Of a stretch of 60,000 bases of DNA, positions 12,571 to 24,928 are shown piece after piece (the stretch's first letter is position 1; the number at the start of each line of letters is the position of its first letter). Origin of the DNA: Lama glama (lineage: Eukaryota); the NCBI GenBank assembly GCA_028534125.1, contig CM052818.1, positions 32,924,001 through 32,984,000 of the forward strand, read 5' to 3'. The translations under genes were made by a program, and so were the position numbers. The notes below the pieces were generated by a model that worked only from the letters and a program-made list of their open reading frames with translations, did no database searches and was not told the DNA's origin.

Positions 12571-12671
12571 CTGGCCTGCTGCACCGGGCACTTGTCAGGG
12601 TTCCCTAGGAACACCTGCCGCACGACACTGGGGCTCATGAAGTCCACGAGGTTGACCAAGGCCCTGGGTAC
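12571..12671 (-). CDS. PLB1: PLB1 exon, 101 nt (repeat 3): [33 protein letters not shown](S)
   Basis: cccttag|GTA...GCCAG|gtaggc. Confidence 0.96.
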
Positions 12672-13435
12672 CTAAGGGTGAGGCTCCAGATGAAAGGGGG
12701 GATCCAGGCAGAACTCAGCTCAGCTGCTTGTGAGTTGGAGTTCTGAGAGCTGTCGTCACCCTGCAAGCTATGCCCTGGGGCCCACGAGGGCGGCAGCATG
12801 AATGGGCCTCCTGGACTGAGACAATAGGGCCGACTCGACTCTAAATACTGAGAGCTCCATTCAGCCATCGGTCAGTGAACCCAAATCCAGTAGCTTTAAT
12901 CTTGGTGAGGTCGGTGCCCTGTTGGCCAGGACATTAGCCCTTGACTGTTTCCCTCTAACCCAACCTGGACTACCTCTGCTGAGCAGGCCAGGGTCTCCGT
13001 CACTCAGAGAAGCATCTGGTGGTCAGAGTGCCCCATCCCGGGCAGCGGGAAAGGCTTGTCCATTCCAGGGGATGGGGAGAGAACACACTGGGCACAGGAC
13101 TGGAGGCGGGCCTGCTGTGGACACACCCTGTGGCTCAGAGTGCCGTGCCCAGCCTGGGAGCCACCCAGCTGCCACCCCCAGGGAATGTCCCAGGTAGTGG
13201 TGAGGGGACAATTAGTAAACACATTGCCTTCCCTTCTTCAAGCCTGAGACCCTCTGGGCTGATTCCCAATAGAATGAGGCTTCCTTAGGGGTAGGCCCCA
13301 AACTCTGGAAAAGACAAGGGCCCACGACCTTGGCTGCCTCATTCATGGGAAGGGATATTTCACCCTCTTTCCCGCATCCACTTTATCCCTGCCGTGGTTG
13401 AGCTGTGTCCAGCTTGTGGGAGTCCCCCAACCCAC

Positions 13436-13501
13436 CTCTCTATGCAGGATGTCCAAGGCATTGCGGAGATGGTCAAAATAGTTGGCTGCAGAATACAGAT
13501 T
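13436..13501 (-). CDS. PLB1: PLB1 exon, 66 nt (repeat 3): [22 protein letters not shown]
   Basis: ttcccag|AAT...GAG|gtgggt. Confidence 0.96.
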
Positions 13502-14065
13502 CTGGGAAGAGACAGGAGGGAGAAGAGGAGCTGGTTAGGGAGAGAGGGCAGCAGGGCAGAAGTAGCCCCACTTCTGGCTCCAGCCCCAAGGCTTTGTTCT
13601 CCCTTGGCCTCCAGCTGTGACCAGCTCATCATGTCAGAATCTGAGATGAAGAGTTGACTATTTGCTGTTGTCAAAGATGGGGCAGACAGAAGACTGGAAC
13701 CTTCAGCCAGAGCTTTCGTTCAGAAGCAGAAAGTGTCACGTCCTCCTTCCCACTGCTTGGGATTTACTGCTGCTTCTCTTTTTGAATTCTCAGGAATTGT
13801 GAGGAAGGGGAACAGAAGTACCAAGTATCTGCAACCTGCGACCTCACCCTACCTGGGGCATGAAGTTGGAGCCAGAAACCTGAGGGTCGTGGGGTAAGAA
13901 GTGTGCATGCACATGCATGTGTGTGAATAGTGTGTGAGTGCGTGCACACACACAGGAAAGCTGGACAACCCTAGGGTTCATTCTAGGGACTGTTCTCAAA
14001 AAGGATCTCCAACGCCTACAGGTCAGAGTTGAAAGCAATGAGCAGGCTGGCCCGCCCCCCCTTAC

Positions 14066-14146
14066 CGAATCCGTGCAGTAGTCACATAAATCACTGCCTC
14101 CAATCAGCACCGTGATGACCTTCCAGTCCTCTTGGAAATTTACTCT
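14066..14146 (-). CDS. PLB1: PLB1 exon, 81 nt (repeat 3, block III): [27 protein letters not shown]
   Basis: tgtatag|AGA...TCG|gtaagg. Confidence 0.96.
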
Positions 14147-14304
14147 CTATACAAAGGGAAGAAGATGCTTGATGATTTCCAACAAATAAACAAAAAACAC
14201 CATGGCTCTAGGAAATCTATTCAACCCTCTAAAACTTCCTTGCCCACTTGAAATAACCTAATCAGAATCTCAGAGATGAAAGAACTTTACAGGTTTATTT
14301 ATAG

Positions 14305-14500
14305 ACCACAGATTCTTAGCATCAGGAGGGACTCTCAAGGTCATTGCGATCAAGAGCAAACCTCCCTCCAGCTGACGTAATCTCCTTCAGGGGGCCTTGG
14401 ACAGGGGCTGCCCTACTGCTGCTTGAACGCCTCCAGTGACGGGGGCTCACTGTTTTCATGGCAAATCATTCCACCTGGGGACTTTAGTGGGTCAGAAAGC
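14305..14500 (-). mobile_element. L3/CR1 LINE 3' relic
   Basis: 'tgcttgaacgcctccagtgacgggggctcact...attccac' resembles the reverse L3 3' end. Confidence 0.55.
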
Positions 14501-14533
14501 TAGTGTGTAAAAACAACCATAAATCTCACTCAC

Positions 14534-14585
14534 GTGGTCATCTTTCATCTTCTGTATCAGAGTCTGGGCTTGGCTCGCAAGGTCC
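14534..14585 (-). CDS. PLB1: PLB1 exon, 52 nt (repeat 3): (K)DLASQAQTLIQKMKDDH
   Basis: ttctcag|G GAC...CAC|gtgagt. Confidence 0.95.
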
Positions 14586-15938
14586 CTGAGAAGGAGAGGA
14601 AATCAGTCCTGTTGAGGAGCAGTGCCTGGATTTTTCATCCTAAAAGGCCTGAACTGGAGGTTTCCATGCATTAACCTCCTACGCCCACCCCCAGCTGGCA
14701 GAGACCCTGATGCTTGGGGACAAGGAGCTACTTGCCTGTTCTGGCTAGTATTACAGTGGATAACCTTTTGAAAAGCCAGTTGTGTTTGTCCGAAAGCTGG
14801 AGTCAAGGGTACTGTCGATTATACTTGTTATTCACAGTCTCCATTCTAAGACTCCACATGCAAAGTGTCTTTTAGGATTCCATGCTAGGAAACTGTCTGT
14901 CTCATTTGAAGAACTGGTATAGATCCTGAAATTAGATCTGGGAAAGTTTTGGCATGCTTCCTCTTTTTACCCTGGCTGCTAGGAAGCTGACAGTTTGGTA
15001 CTCAGGCACAATAATTGTAAAAAGGCTCATACTTCTTCCCCTCCTCACCCCACCAGTGGTGGTGATTTTTCTCTCTTATGTATATGTTATTTGTGTCTTT
15101 TTAAAAATAAACTTAGCTAAATGCTTCTTTTAGAAAGACGTGAAGAATAACTCTACACATATCTGGGTTTATAATTCATGGAAAGACCGGATCTCAGGCA
15201 TCCCAAGCTCCCCACTAGTTTAGGCCCCTGTTAGAGTGTGAGATGGATCCACAGAACCATGATCTCCTGGCACCTGGTGGTGGCGCCTGCCCCCCCAAGC
15301 CCCGTTTCTATTCCCAAGAAGGGTCTTCCCAGGCTGGGCCGGGAGCAAGGAGACCCAGGCTGCTGAGGCTCCCAGGAGCGGGGCAAGAGGCCTCCGTGGG
15401 AGGCGATGCTGGGGGAGCGGAGCAGTCTGCTGCCGCTGCCTCTGGTTTCTCAGCTATGTTTCCTGTTAGCTCCGAAGCAGCGGTGGGGACAGGACATGAC
15501 TTGTTGCCGCTCTATGCAGCCTCTAAGGCTGGAGTTTCTGGCTTGCCCCTCCATTTGGTTGGCACTCCCTGATCTTTTGGGGGAAATTGCCTCTTGTAAG
15601 GCTTTGGAGAGAGTGAATCTTTCCAGCACCATTATGCCATGGTAAGATTTAAAAATTGGAGGTTGTTCAGTTAGTTGAATGATTGGAATGTGCTGCAAAG
15701 GAAAGCAAGGCCGAGAGGCCAGGATCTAGGGGCAGGGCTCCTGTCCCGGGTCCAGCCCTCTGTCCTCCTTGCAGCCTAGGTCACAGGGGCAGCCAGGGAA
15801 GACGGGGGCCAAGAGCCTCTCAAATCATTGCTGTAAATGATAAACATCCTCTTTGCACACAGAGGTCACTATTACAACCTTAAAGGGGCTACATGCCTCC
15901 CACTCTCTACCCGACAGCCCCCTCCCCAAATGCCGTAC

Positions 15939-16047
15939 TTAGCCTTTGCTCCAGGAACAGCCTGATTGAGGAATGCATTCGTGTCGTTGGCTCCCCCTGT
16001 GCCCACTGCATAGCCTGTGAGGTTTCCGTTAAACTTCCGAAGGATAT
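15939..16047 (-). CDS. PLB1: PLB1 exon, 109 nt (repeat 3): (N)[35 protein letters not shown](K)
   Basis: cttccag|AT ATC...GCT AA|gtacgg. Confidence 0.96.
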
Positions 16048-16146
16048 CTGGAAGAGGAAGGGGTGCACAGGGCACAGAGAGCTTAGGGTGGAAGGTGGAG
16101 TTTTTGCCTGATAGGAGATGGGGCCTCTCTGATTTATAACAACTTA

Positions 16147-16279
16147 GGGGGAGGGTATAGCTCAGAGGTAGAGCTTTTGCTTAGCATTTACAAGGTCCTG
16201 GGTTCAATTCCCAGTACCTTTGTGAAAAATAAATAAATAAACCTAATTACTTCCCCTCTAAAAAAAAATTAAAAAAAAA
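16147..16279 (+). mobile_element. tRNA-Ala-derived camelid SINE (Vic-1-like)
   Basis: GGGGAGGGTATAGCTCAG (A box), GGTTCAATTCC (B box), AAATAAATAAACCTAATTAC spacer, poly(A). Confidence 0.88.
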
Positions 16280-16723
16280 GAAGGGGGCAAGCCCATTTGA
16301 AAAACAAACGAAAAAAATGATTTGATGACACACTGGGCCAAGGCAGCAAGGGCCGCTCAGTTTTTCTTTCTTTCTTTTTTCCTCTACAATTCACAGTTCA
16401 GCAAATGCTCACTGTCTCATTTGATTGTCTCTGCACCTTCTGGGACAGTTGAAGAAATCTGAGACTCAGAATGTTTGGTTACCTGCCCCAGGGCACCTGG
16501 CCAGCACAGAGAAGGGCCAGGGCTTGAACCCAGGTCTTCAGGTTCCAAATACAGTATTTATTTCACCCTTTCAGCCCCCTGTGCACAGACCTCTCCTCCC
16601 ATCTCAGTGGCAGTCTGTAAGGAGGATGTCATCGCCCCCTTTCTTAGCTGGGAGGTGCTTTTAGGAAGCCTGGGGGATCAGACGGACTCAGTGGACAGAC
16701 TCCAACCCCTGGTGGTTACTTAC

Positions 16724-16767
16724 TCGGTAAGGTGGTCACCTTCTCCAGGTAGCTGTCCCCTCCTGAA
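16724..16767 (-). CDS. PLB1: PLB1 exon, 44 nt (repeat 3): (S)SGGDSYLEKVTTLP(N)
   Basis: tctacag|T TCA...CCG A|gtaagt. Confidence 0.94.
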
Positions 16768-18789
16768 CTGTAGAGGGTGAGGAAGCCAGTGAGAGAGATT
16801 GAATCAATACATAGGTTTCACAAAAGAGTGCCCCACCTTTCCTAATGCCTGCACCATCAGCACCTGTCAGATGTGGCAGATCCACCTCTCTGTGTTTGAG
16901 GGATTCAGAGAGAATGTGAATTTCCCAAGGGGTTGGTTCTCCCAAATTGAAGATTTGAAGGCGAAAGAGAACTGTTTCTTTTCTTCAGCAAATCACGAGG
17001 GAGAGCGCTTGGCTGAGTATATACTGTGCGCCCCGCCACCAACCAGACGCTCTACATTAGTTATCTCACATCTCCAAACAAGCCTATGACGTGGATGTTA
17101 CTAGCTCCGTTTTATAGAGTAGGAAGCAGAGGCACACCGGGGTTAACCAACATTCTAAAAGACACTAAAAACCACAATGGTAACTAAAAACCAGCCTGAG
17201 CCGGAAACCTTGAGAAAATGGACAGGCTCTTCCCTGCCCAGTCGTCAGGTACATTCTGCTGGAAGGTCCAGGGGACGGCCGCTCGTTGCCTTCCAAGGCC
17301 CAGTCTAATTTCATCTCATCTAATATGGTTTAATGGCCTTCAAAGTAACCTCAAGACACACCCAAAGTTTCACTTCCTTTCATGCATTTAAATTGAATAC
17401 ACGTGGGAGGCAAGGAGAGAAGTATTTCTATTTTAACAAAGTCCAATGTACTCTATTTATTGTTATTTTTCTTCTGCGCCTCCCTCCTCAATTCCACCAT
17501 ATTTTTCCAGGCCAAGACATTTTGAGAACACAGCGTTAGCATTCAGCCCACCAGGATAGACTTCCAAAAGATAGGCCATGAATCAAAGTCATGGCTGTTC
17601 TTCATTCAAGGGAATACCTGGAATGAACTTGACTAGTTCATACCAGGGTGGTCAAGGGCTTAAATCCAAGGTTCAAGAGCTCCAGGTGGTGGAGAGAAAA
17701 GAAGCAGGGTGACCCCTGCCCTTCCACCTCACTCAGATATCTTTCTCCCACCTCCCGTCTGATGTCCAAGCCTAACTTGGCCTCTGAGCATTTTTTTTTC
17801 CATCTTCCAATTCTTTCCAAACTCTTCATAAAGCTGCTATTTTAGCTGCTTCCTGATCCTTCTTTCTTTGGACTAAAAGCACTTAATCAGAACACTTTAC
17901 ACTTGGCAGGAAATTATAAATCCATATACCTCCTCCAGTCACTGTGTTCTAACTCTGCCTTCTTTTCTCCTTCAGCAAACATATAAACGGAGACATATGT
18001 AAACACACACACATATCAAGTACATTTGACTGTAACTTCTTGTCTAAAACTCTTTGTTCTAAAACAAGTGTGGTAGCTGTTCAAAACCAATGGGTACAGA
18101 AATTTCGCTGAGCCCGTTTTCAGGAGAAAAGAAGGAATTATACAAATAAACATGGAGAAACAAAAATATTTAAGCCCTCATTTTGATTAGAACTATGTGA
18201 AACATGAAAAAAAAAATAGACACATATGAAGCATCTAGTTTACATGAGCCCCTTCAGATTAATGTAATTTGTATTCTACCATAAGCTCAAAGACTGAGCT
18301 CATTCACTACTAGTCACCCACAGAGTGCAGAGGAAGGCAGAATAGATGCTCAATAACATGTGTTGGAAGAGGAGTTTCAGTAACACCAGACTGAACTCCT
18401 GATTAAAAAGACAAAGAAAGGTGTTTTTTGATAAGCAAATTTTATTTTGGTCCTTAGAATGATGCCAATCAAGCAAACATTTCAACTGAAGGAAAGGCAA
18501 TTCTCTAAAGACCTCTGCCACACTGTTAAGCTAGCCAGAGCTGGAGCCTTTCACAGCTACATGATTCTCACAGGTCAGGAGGCTTTGGAAATATTCACAG
18601 CCAAACCCCCTCCTGCAGATCCTGCTCACAGCCACCCTCCTACCGAGAATTCTCCCTAGTCTGACTGCATGCGGTCCACTCTCTTCACTGTTTCCTTGGA
18701 GGAAGAGGCTCCAATTGAGTTCTTAATTTACCTAGAATCATGAATTGCCTCATATTTCCTATCCAGAAGCTTTAATGGCTTCAGAAAAT

Positions 18790-19056
18790 TGCTTTTTCTC
18801 AGATCAGTCTACTACATGGACACATCCCAGGGGGCGCTAATAGGTATCACGAACAAAGAAAGAGTTCTGGGATTAAGGGAAACATTGGCTTAAACAGAAA
18901 CAACTTACACAGATTTCTTCATCTCAGGGCTTCTCAAAGACTTTAATATGCCAACGTGCATGTCAATTCCCCAGGGGAAGGCTATAGTAGGAAATGGTTC
19001 CCTCAAAATATAGAAACTGGGGCTAGTGTTTCACGAAACACAGTTTGGGAAACGCT
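18790..19056. mobile_element. probable hAT-Charlie non-autonomous DNA transposon relic
   Basis: Ends in 'gtgtttcacgaaacacagtttgggaaacgct', a Charlie-type TIR; internal 'cagggcttctcaaagactttaatatgc'. Confidence 0.45.
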
Positions 19057-19493
19057 AGTCTATACATTTTGTCAAGTGTCCAGCTATCTCTCAGACTCTG
19101 ACCAAGAGCTGTTTCTAACACACATGATCTTGGGCAGGTATCTGAAACATTTAGAATAAAGGGTTTAGAGGGACAGCAGCCATTGAATACACGAGGCCTT
19201 GGAAACTGGACCTCACTTGTAGGAAGAAACAGAGCCATAGCTGGGTCTCCCCGCTGCTGCAGGGAGAAACATGCAGCAGAAGATGGCCTGTTTGTGTCTG
19301 AATCCCAGGAATCCACCCAGTTCAACTGTTTGTGAGACCAGGCAGATCACCCCACTTCCCCTGACTGCACTGCCAGGCCTGGATTATTTGGCGTCTGCTG
19401 GCTGGTTTGTCTGCTTCCCCTGCTATGATGTGAGGCCAGACTAAGCCTTCTTTAGCTCAAACTAAGTAAAACTGCCACAACCTCATGCTTTTT

Positions 19494-19621
19494 TTTTTTT
19501 CCCTGGTGGGGATAGATTAGGTTTATTTATTTATTTATTTAACAGAGGACTGGGGATTGAACCTAGGACCTCGTGCACACTGAACACGCACTGCACTGAG
19601 CTATACCTCCCTCCACCTGCC
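19494..19621 (-). mobile_element. camelid tRNA-derived SINE with 16-bp TSD
   Basis: Reverse A/B boxes, poly(T); TSD CAACCTCATGCTTTTT at 19478-19493 and 19622-19637. Confidence 0.88.
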
Positions 19622-20958
19622 CAACCTCATGCTTTTTGGATTGTAATAAGCAGTCCTTTCTCCTGCAGCCTCAGGAACAGCTAGGGCAGAGTGGTCAGTA
19701 GGCAATACTCAATTTTGCTCCTCGGCTGTGGGTTAGAGACCACCCACCTGGACCTTGCTGGGGGTGTGTGGGAATCTGGGGGCCTCGGGAGCTGGGAGGC
19801 CTTCACCTCAGCCCTCAGCAGGGTGACGATGCCCTCATGCTACCCACACCCAGATCCTCCCTGTGGGTGACTACTGCTGAGTGAGGACCCCTCTCTCCTG
19901 CCCGGGGAAAACTCTCTGGGACCGTCCTCAGGGCTGGCCAGGAGCTGTCACAGCCCTCATTGCGCCCACCCCATTCCCTCTCGCTTTCCTGGGAGAAATA
20001 TTTCATTTGAATTCACCCTGCAGGAAAGGGAGGTGGCCCCACTGCTCATTAGCGCTCTGCCCTCTTGTGGTGGCCGGTGTTCTAGTGCTTTTGAATTCTG
20101 AGCTAATTGCCAATTACTGTGACGCGGACATAAACATGAACTATATTAAGAAAGAAAGAAACTTAAGAAAACCCACATCCAACTGCTCTCCTGACACAGC
20201 TTCAGCTTTCCTACTTCCTGTGCAGAATGTCTTTTCTCCCCTACCTAACTTAACTGCTAGTCTGTCACCACATCACTGGGTACCACTTTCTCTGGGAAGC
20301 CTTCCTACCCCAGCTGGCAGGGTTAGTTATTCTCTTGTCTCTATTCCTGTAGTGCTCAGACATCTTTAATTTTTAAATAACACTTGCCAAGTGAGCCTAA
20401 GAATTTGCCTGTGCTTCCCATGTATCCCCCTCACCCACCCGCCTCAATCACGCAGGCAAATGGGAGGGGCTCAGCAACGCCTGTTGGCTGTGATTTTTGT
20501 CTTGGTTATTTCCACCTGCAGTGTGTGCTGCGTTTCGGAGTTTTCTGTACGGATGTGTGCATATACTTAAAGGCAGAGGTGTGACTACAGAACAACATGA
20601 ATAAATACAGACAGACATGAAACAGAGACGAGGGAGCATCCACACGAGCACATATACATGCAAAACGGGCAGGTGAAGACCCAGAGATTTGGTGCTTTTC
20701 AGGTGCATTTCATGTTGGATTTGTTGACCCAGGAATCTAAGAACCCCGGTTTGCTTTTTCTGCACAATTAAAAGAAAAGGATTATTGACAGTAAAATCAC
20801 CAAACAGTTACATTTTGCACAATATATAAGTTTTCCTTCTGAAAGCCTCTTCCAGACCGGGTCCTTGCTCTTTGGTATTTACGCATTTACAGGAGACAAC
20901 CCCCCACCCACGCTCTCGGGGTGAGCAGGGGATGGGAGGGGTCATGGGTTAACATTAC

Positions 20959-21032
20959 CTAAATGACAGCCCTCGATACTGAGTGGTGACATCAGAAAGG
21001 TCATCCAGTTTGGAGCCAATTCCATTGCCAGC
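20959..21032 (-). CDS. PLB1: PLB1 exon, 74 nt (repeat 3): [24 protein letters not shown](S)
   Basis: ttcaaag|GCT...TTT AG|gtaatg. Confidence 0.96.
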
Positions 21033-21980
21033 CTTTGAAAACATATCAAAATCCACAGGAAAATCAGCAAGTTATAGCAAAGGGAGGCTGTGTGCATACA
21101 GGGCTTTGGAAGGTGTCCCTGACGCATGCACCGTGGTGTGCCCAGAACTTGCCACTTCGGAACTCAGGACATCCAGGCTTGAGTTCTGTGGTGCTCCCTC
21201 CAAGTTGTGACCCTTCCCGGATGCTCAGCTGCCTCCTTACAGAACTGAAGTCATGCCCTGCTTACTGCACAGGGTTGTTTTGATGATCAAATTGGATCAG
21301 AGTTGTAAAAACTGTTTTGAGACCTCTAAAGTGCTTTACAAATGTGAGACACTGTTACACCATCACTAGTATCATTCTGCTCCCGAGTTCTCTGTACACG
21401 TGGAGGAAGCACCAGCAGTGGACAGATTTCTCATACGCTTCCCACTTCTCCTCTTTCCCCCTGGGACATTCTGTGAGGCCATCTTATGGCCTCACAAGCG
21501 TTGCCGGGAAGTGGTGCTCTGGGATGGAAAACAGTCGCATTTCTCAGAACTTAAGAGCAAATCTTTTGCCACAACTATGGTGTTTTTGCTGCTTTGGGTA
21601 CAGATGCCAAGAGGAAACAGATATGAGGGTTGGAGCTGCTCATCAAGTATAATCCAAAGGGAAAAGAGCACTGACACAGGTAGCTTTGGAAGGTTTTTTG
21701 AGTCAAATGACAAAATTTTGCAATTGTTAAAAAGGTGGTGTTAAGTGTTCAAAACCTCCACTGAGACAATTCAGTTTGCGCCTGAAAAGGTTCCCCTTTG
21801 CACACTAGACTGAGAAAAGTGGCTGCAAGATCAAACCTTTGCCATGCTCTCAGACTGTCAGAAGCAGGACAGAGGGGCCAGGGAACGCAGAGGTAAAAAG
21901 TGCAGGCCCAGGGTTAGGAGGACGGGGACCTGGAACTGACACAGCCACCCCCACCCCGCATGGGGCTGGAGAGTCCTTAC

Positions 21981-22039
21981 GGTCAGAGAATCTCCCAGGG
22001 CAGCCACGACTTGGATGTCTGCTGGTCTCAGGGCGTGCA
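21981..22039 (-). CDS. PLB1: PLB1 exon, 59 nt (repeat 3, GDSL block): (V)HALRPADIQVVAALGDSLT
   Basis: tttgcag|TG CAC...ACC|gtaagg. Confidence 0.97.
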
Positions 22040-22867
22040 CTGCAAAGACAAGCGGATACACTTGAGTCCGTGGGAAGGAAGCTGCAGTCAGAGCCTGGTG
22101 ATTCTGGCTTTAAGTGAGACCAGAAACACGACCTGCATGTGTTTGGGCCATGGAGGACTCAGCCTTTATGGTGCCAGGTTGGGAGAGGTTAGATGGAAAC
22201 ACTCTCCCCATAAGAGACCCAGTAAACGATCCTGGACCTATGGGAAGGGAGCCATGCTGAGAGTGGGGGAGAAGGGGAGGTGAGGGGAGTGGGGAAGGGA
22301 GGAAAGGAGAGATGGAGGGGTGGCCGGTAGGGCACAGTGGGATCCCACTATTTTGGTGCCAGTGGTCATGTGGGACACCAGCTGAGACATGAGTGCACGG
22401 CCCGAAGGGCGCTGGGCCGTCTGAGCTGAGGCACAGGGCCTGATGCACAGCTCAGGTAGAGCTGGGCTCTGGATTTCCACCAAGGATCTGAGAAATAGCC
22501 ATGCCGGGCCTTTCCCTGTCCCCAGGGCTCTTCTGAAGACTCCAGAGATCTTTCCAGTCCTATTGCAGAGCCTGGGCCCAGAGGGCCACCTGCAGAGCTG
22601 GCTCCCTCTTGGGACACCCTAGGCACCCCACACCCCACTCCTGGGCCTCAGGGAGGTCACACCCCAGGCTGGGCCTTCGAGAGTGGCGCTCAGGTGGCTC
22701 CTCCACTTGTGCTTCCATAAGCAGGCTGAACTGGGAGGGCAGCCAACAGTCCCCAGCCCGGCCGCCTTGGGTCCTGTTGGGTAAGGCTTCACTACTGGGC
22801 CCAGGGGTCTCAGGCGACCATGCACACAAGGAGCAAGCACTTGCCATAACTAAGTCATTTAATTATG

Positions 22868-23088
22868 TTGCAAATATTAGCCACTACATATAAAAATAGA
22901 TTAAAAATGTTTTCTTCTGTATAGCACAGGGAACTATATTCAATATTTTGTAATAACCTTTAATGAAATAGAATATAAAAACAAATGTATGTATGTATAT
23001 GCATGACTGGGACACTGTGCTGTACACCAGAAATGGACACATTGTAACTGACTGTACTTCAATTAAAAAAAAAAAAAGAAAAAGAAAA
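22868..23088 (+). mobile_element. 5'-truncated L1 3' UTR (cetartiodactyl-type) with poly(A)
   Basis: 'ctgtatagcacagggaactatattcaata...tgctgtacaccagaaa...actgtacttcaattaaaaaa'. Confidence 0.85.
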
Positions 23089-23162
23089 GTCTCATCAGGG
23101 CACTCACTGCTCTGAGTCCTTGTGGAAGGGCCCTGGGTCCTGGTGTGCCACGGGAAGCTTAC

Positions 23163-23223
23163 CTGAGGTAGGCGGCGAGGCAGAAGGGGCTCTGTCACTG
23201 CACATCAGCCAGCTCCCGTGGTC
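23163..23223 (-). CDS. PLB1: PLB1 exon, 61 nt (linker): DHGSWLMCSDRAPSASPPTS(V)
   Basis: cccctag|GAC...TCA G|gtaagc. Confidence 0.95.
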
Positions 23224-23737
23224 CTAGGGGCGTGGAATGAATCCCAGAATCTCAGGGCTGAAAGGGGCCGGCTGACTCACTGGGAGAGTTTTACCTACCC
23301 TGGGTGGGGGGGGGCACTAACAGGACATGCGAAGAAGACTCCCTAGGGGATTCTGGGTATCAGGCTGGGATCCACTATCCTAGCTCAGAACCTGCCTCCC
23401 CCACCCTCCAATGTGAAAATCAGGGCATCCACAAAATAAGCCCAGCCCACCGCCCACCACCCCTGCTTCTGCAGCAGCCTTATGAGGGGGCAGCTCTCTT
23501 TATTTATGTCTTTGGAGAATCTGTGAATTGCCTGACTGGCTGGCCCCCTCTCTGGGCTGTTATCCATGGCGAGTCTGAAGGTGCAGGTGGATGGACTTTA
23601 CAGAAGAGTATGAATCCTCTGTGGCTGCCCACCGAGGGCACCTGCCCACATTCCCACCCTGCCTGTGGGGCCGGTCCCTGCTCGGGGGCTGTCCCCTGCC
23701 TTGGCTGCTGAGCCAGAAGGAAGCAACAAGCAGATAC

Positions 23738-23776
23738 CTTCACGCTGTTCTTGTAGGTGCTCAGATACGGCCAGAC
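23738..23776 (-). CDS. PLB1: PLB1 exon, 39 nt: VWPYLSTYKNSVK
   Basis: ctcacag|GTC...AAG|gtatct; phase 0-0. Confidence 0.92.
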
Positions 23777-24856
23777 CTGTGAGACGGTGGGAGAGGGGAG
23801 CCACTGCAGCAAATCTGCTTGTTTCCTTCTTTGCTCCCCGCTCACCAGCCCACAAGCTGGCCTGGGGGTAAGCACTTTCCACATTACCAAGTCCTTCCCC
23901 GCCAGGCTGCCGGCTGCCGGCTCCCTCCCGGGGCACACCCGGCCCTCTCTGCAACCTCCTTGAACAACTAGGTTAGACCCTGCAGGGGCTCCCAGGAGTG
24001 AACATCGCTGCTCTCTGCCTCCCTTCCAGCTGGCAGCGGTGGCCATGTTATCTCTTTATCGACCCTCTCCCTTCCCCACTTTCTGTTACTACAAGCCCAT
24101 GTCCCCTGCTTCCTAGGCCCCCTTGCCACCTTGTACCACTCCCACCCTGCTGCAGTCTGAGCACCTTCCTGCCCAGACCAGAAAAGCCAGTACTTTGAGA
24201 TCCTGCCCCAGGCAAGCCCCAGCTCAGCGGTTTCCGTCCTGGGCCTGGGACGCCTCTGGGAATCCAGAGGGGCTCACAGAGGTGAGGGAGCAGCTGCGAA
24301 GATCCAAGAATCTTTCTGACAATCTTTGAGGGAACACCGCAGTCTTGATCTGCTTTGCCTCCCTGATTAATGCTGTTTTCTTGGCTCTGGCTTCTGACGC
24401 CCTCGACCCCCACCTCCGTCCTGGTAGATATTATTTCAGATCCCTGTTCCTCACTCTTCCCATCCTGCCCTGGGGGCAGTGGCTCCATGGAGATGGGGTA
24501 CTCTTCTGTCCCATCCTGCCCTTCACATCCTCCCTGCCTCAAGTCTTCAAAACGAGAGCTGGACAGTGCTGTCAGATTCCTCTTTCCAGCTGGAAAGAGC
24601 TGTGCACAGTCCAGACCTGTGGCAAGGCTTGCCACGACATGGGGAGACAGGCGAGCTCTCGCGCTGTCACCCCTCACAATCCAGCCAGTTAGGGCACTGT
24701 GGGCTGGAGTCAGGGATGGGGGGTGGGTAGGCGAACAGAGCTGGGGGTGAGGACAGGAACCTGGGATGAAAGGGACTGAGAAACCTTAATAAGACTTTAA
24801 AAGGCTGGGAAAGAGGCTTTAGACAGATTGCGGCAAGGCTGTGCAGTCCACTTTAC

Positions 24857-24928
24857 CTCGTCTGGACATGTGATGTTTATCTTGCCTTCAAAGTTATACT
24901 GTCTTGCCTTCTGGCCAACAGGTTCCAG
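24857..24928 (-). CDS. PLB1: PLB1 exon, 72 nt (repeat 2): LEPVGQKARQYNFEGKINITCPDE
   Basis: ggtttag|CTG...GAG|gtaaag. Confidence 0.95.

Noticed and set aside
16147..16220. tRNA-Ala-like sequence
   Set aside because: SINE head: followed by the SINE spacer and poly(A), degenerate anticodon arm, internal TTTT, and several diverged copies in the window.
18822..18840. CTCF-like 'cccagggggcgcta'
   Set aside because: Mismatches at the 5' CC positions and located inside a transposon relic; too weak alone.
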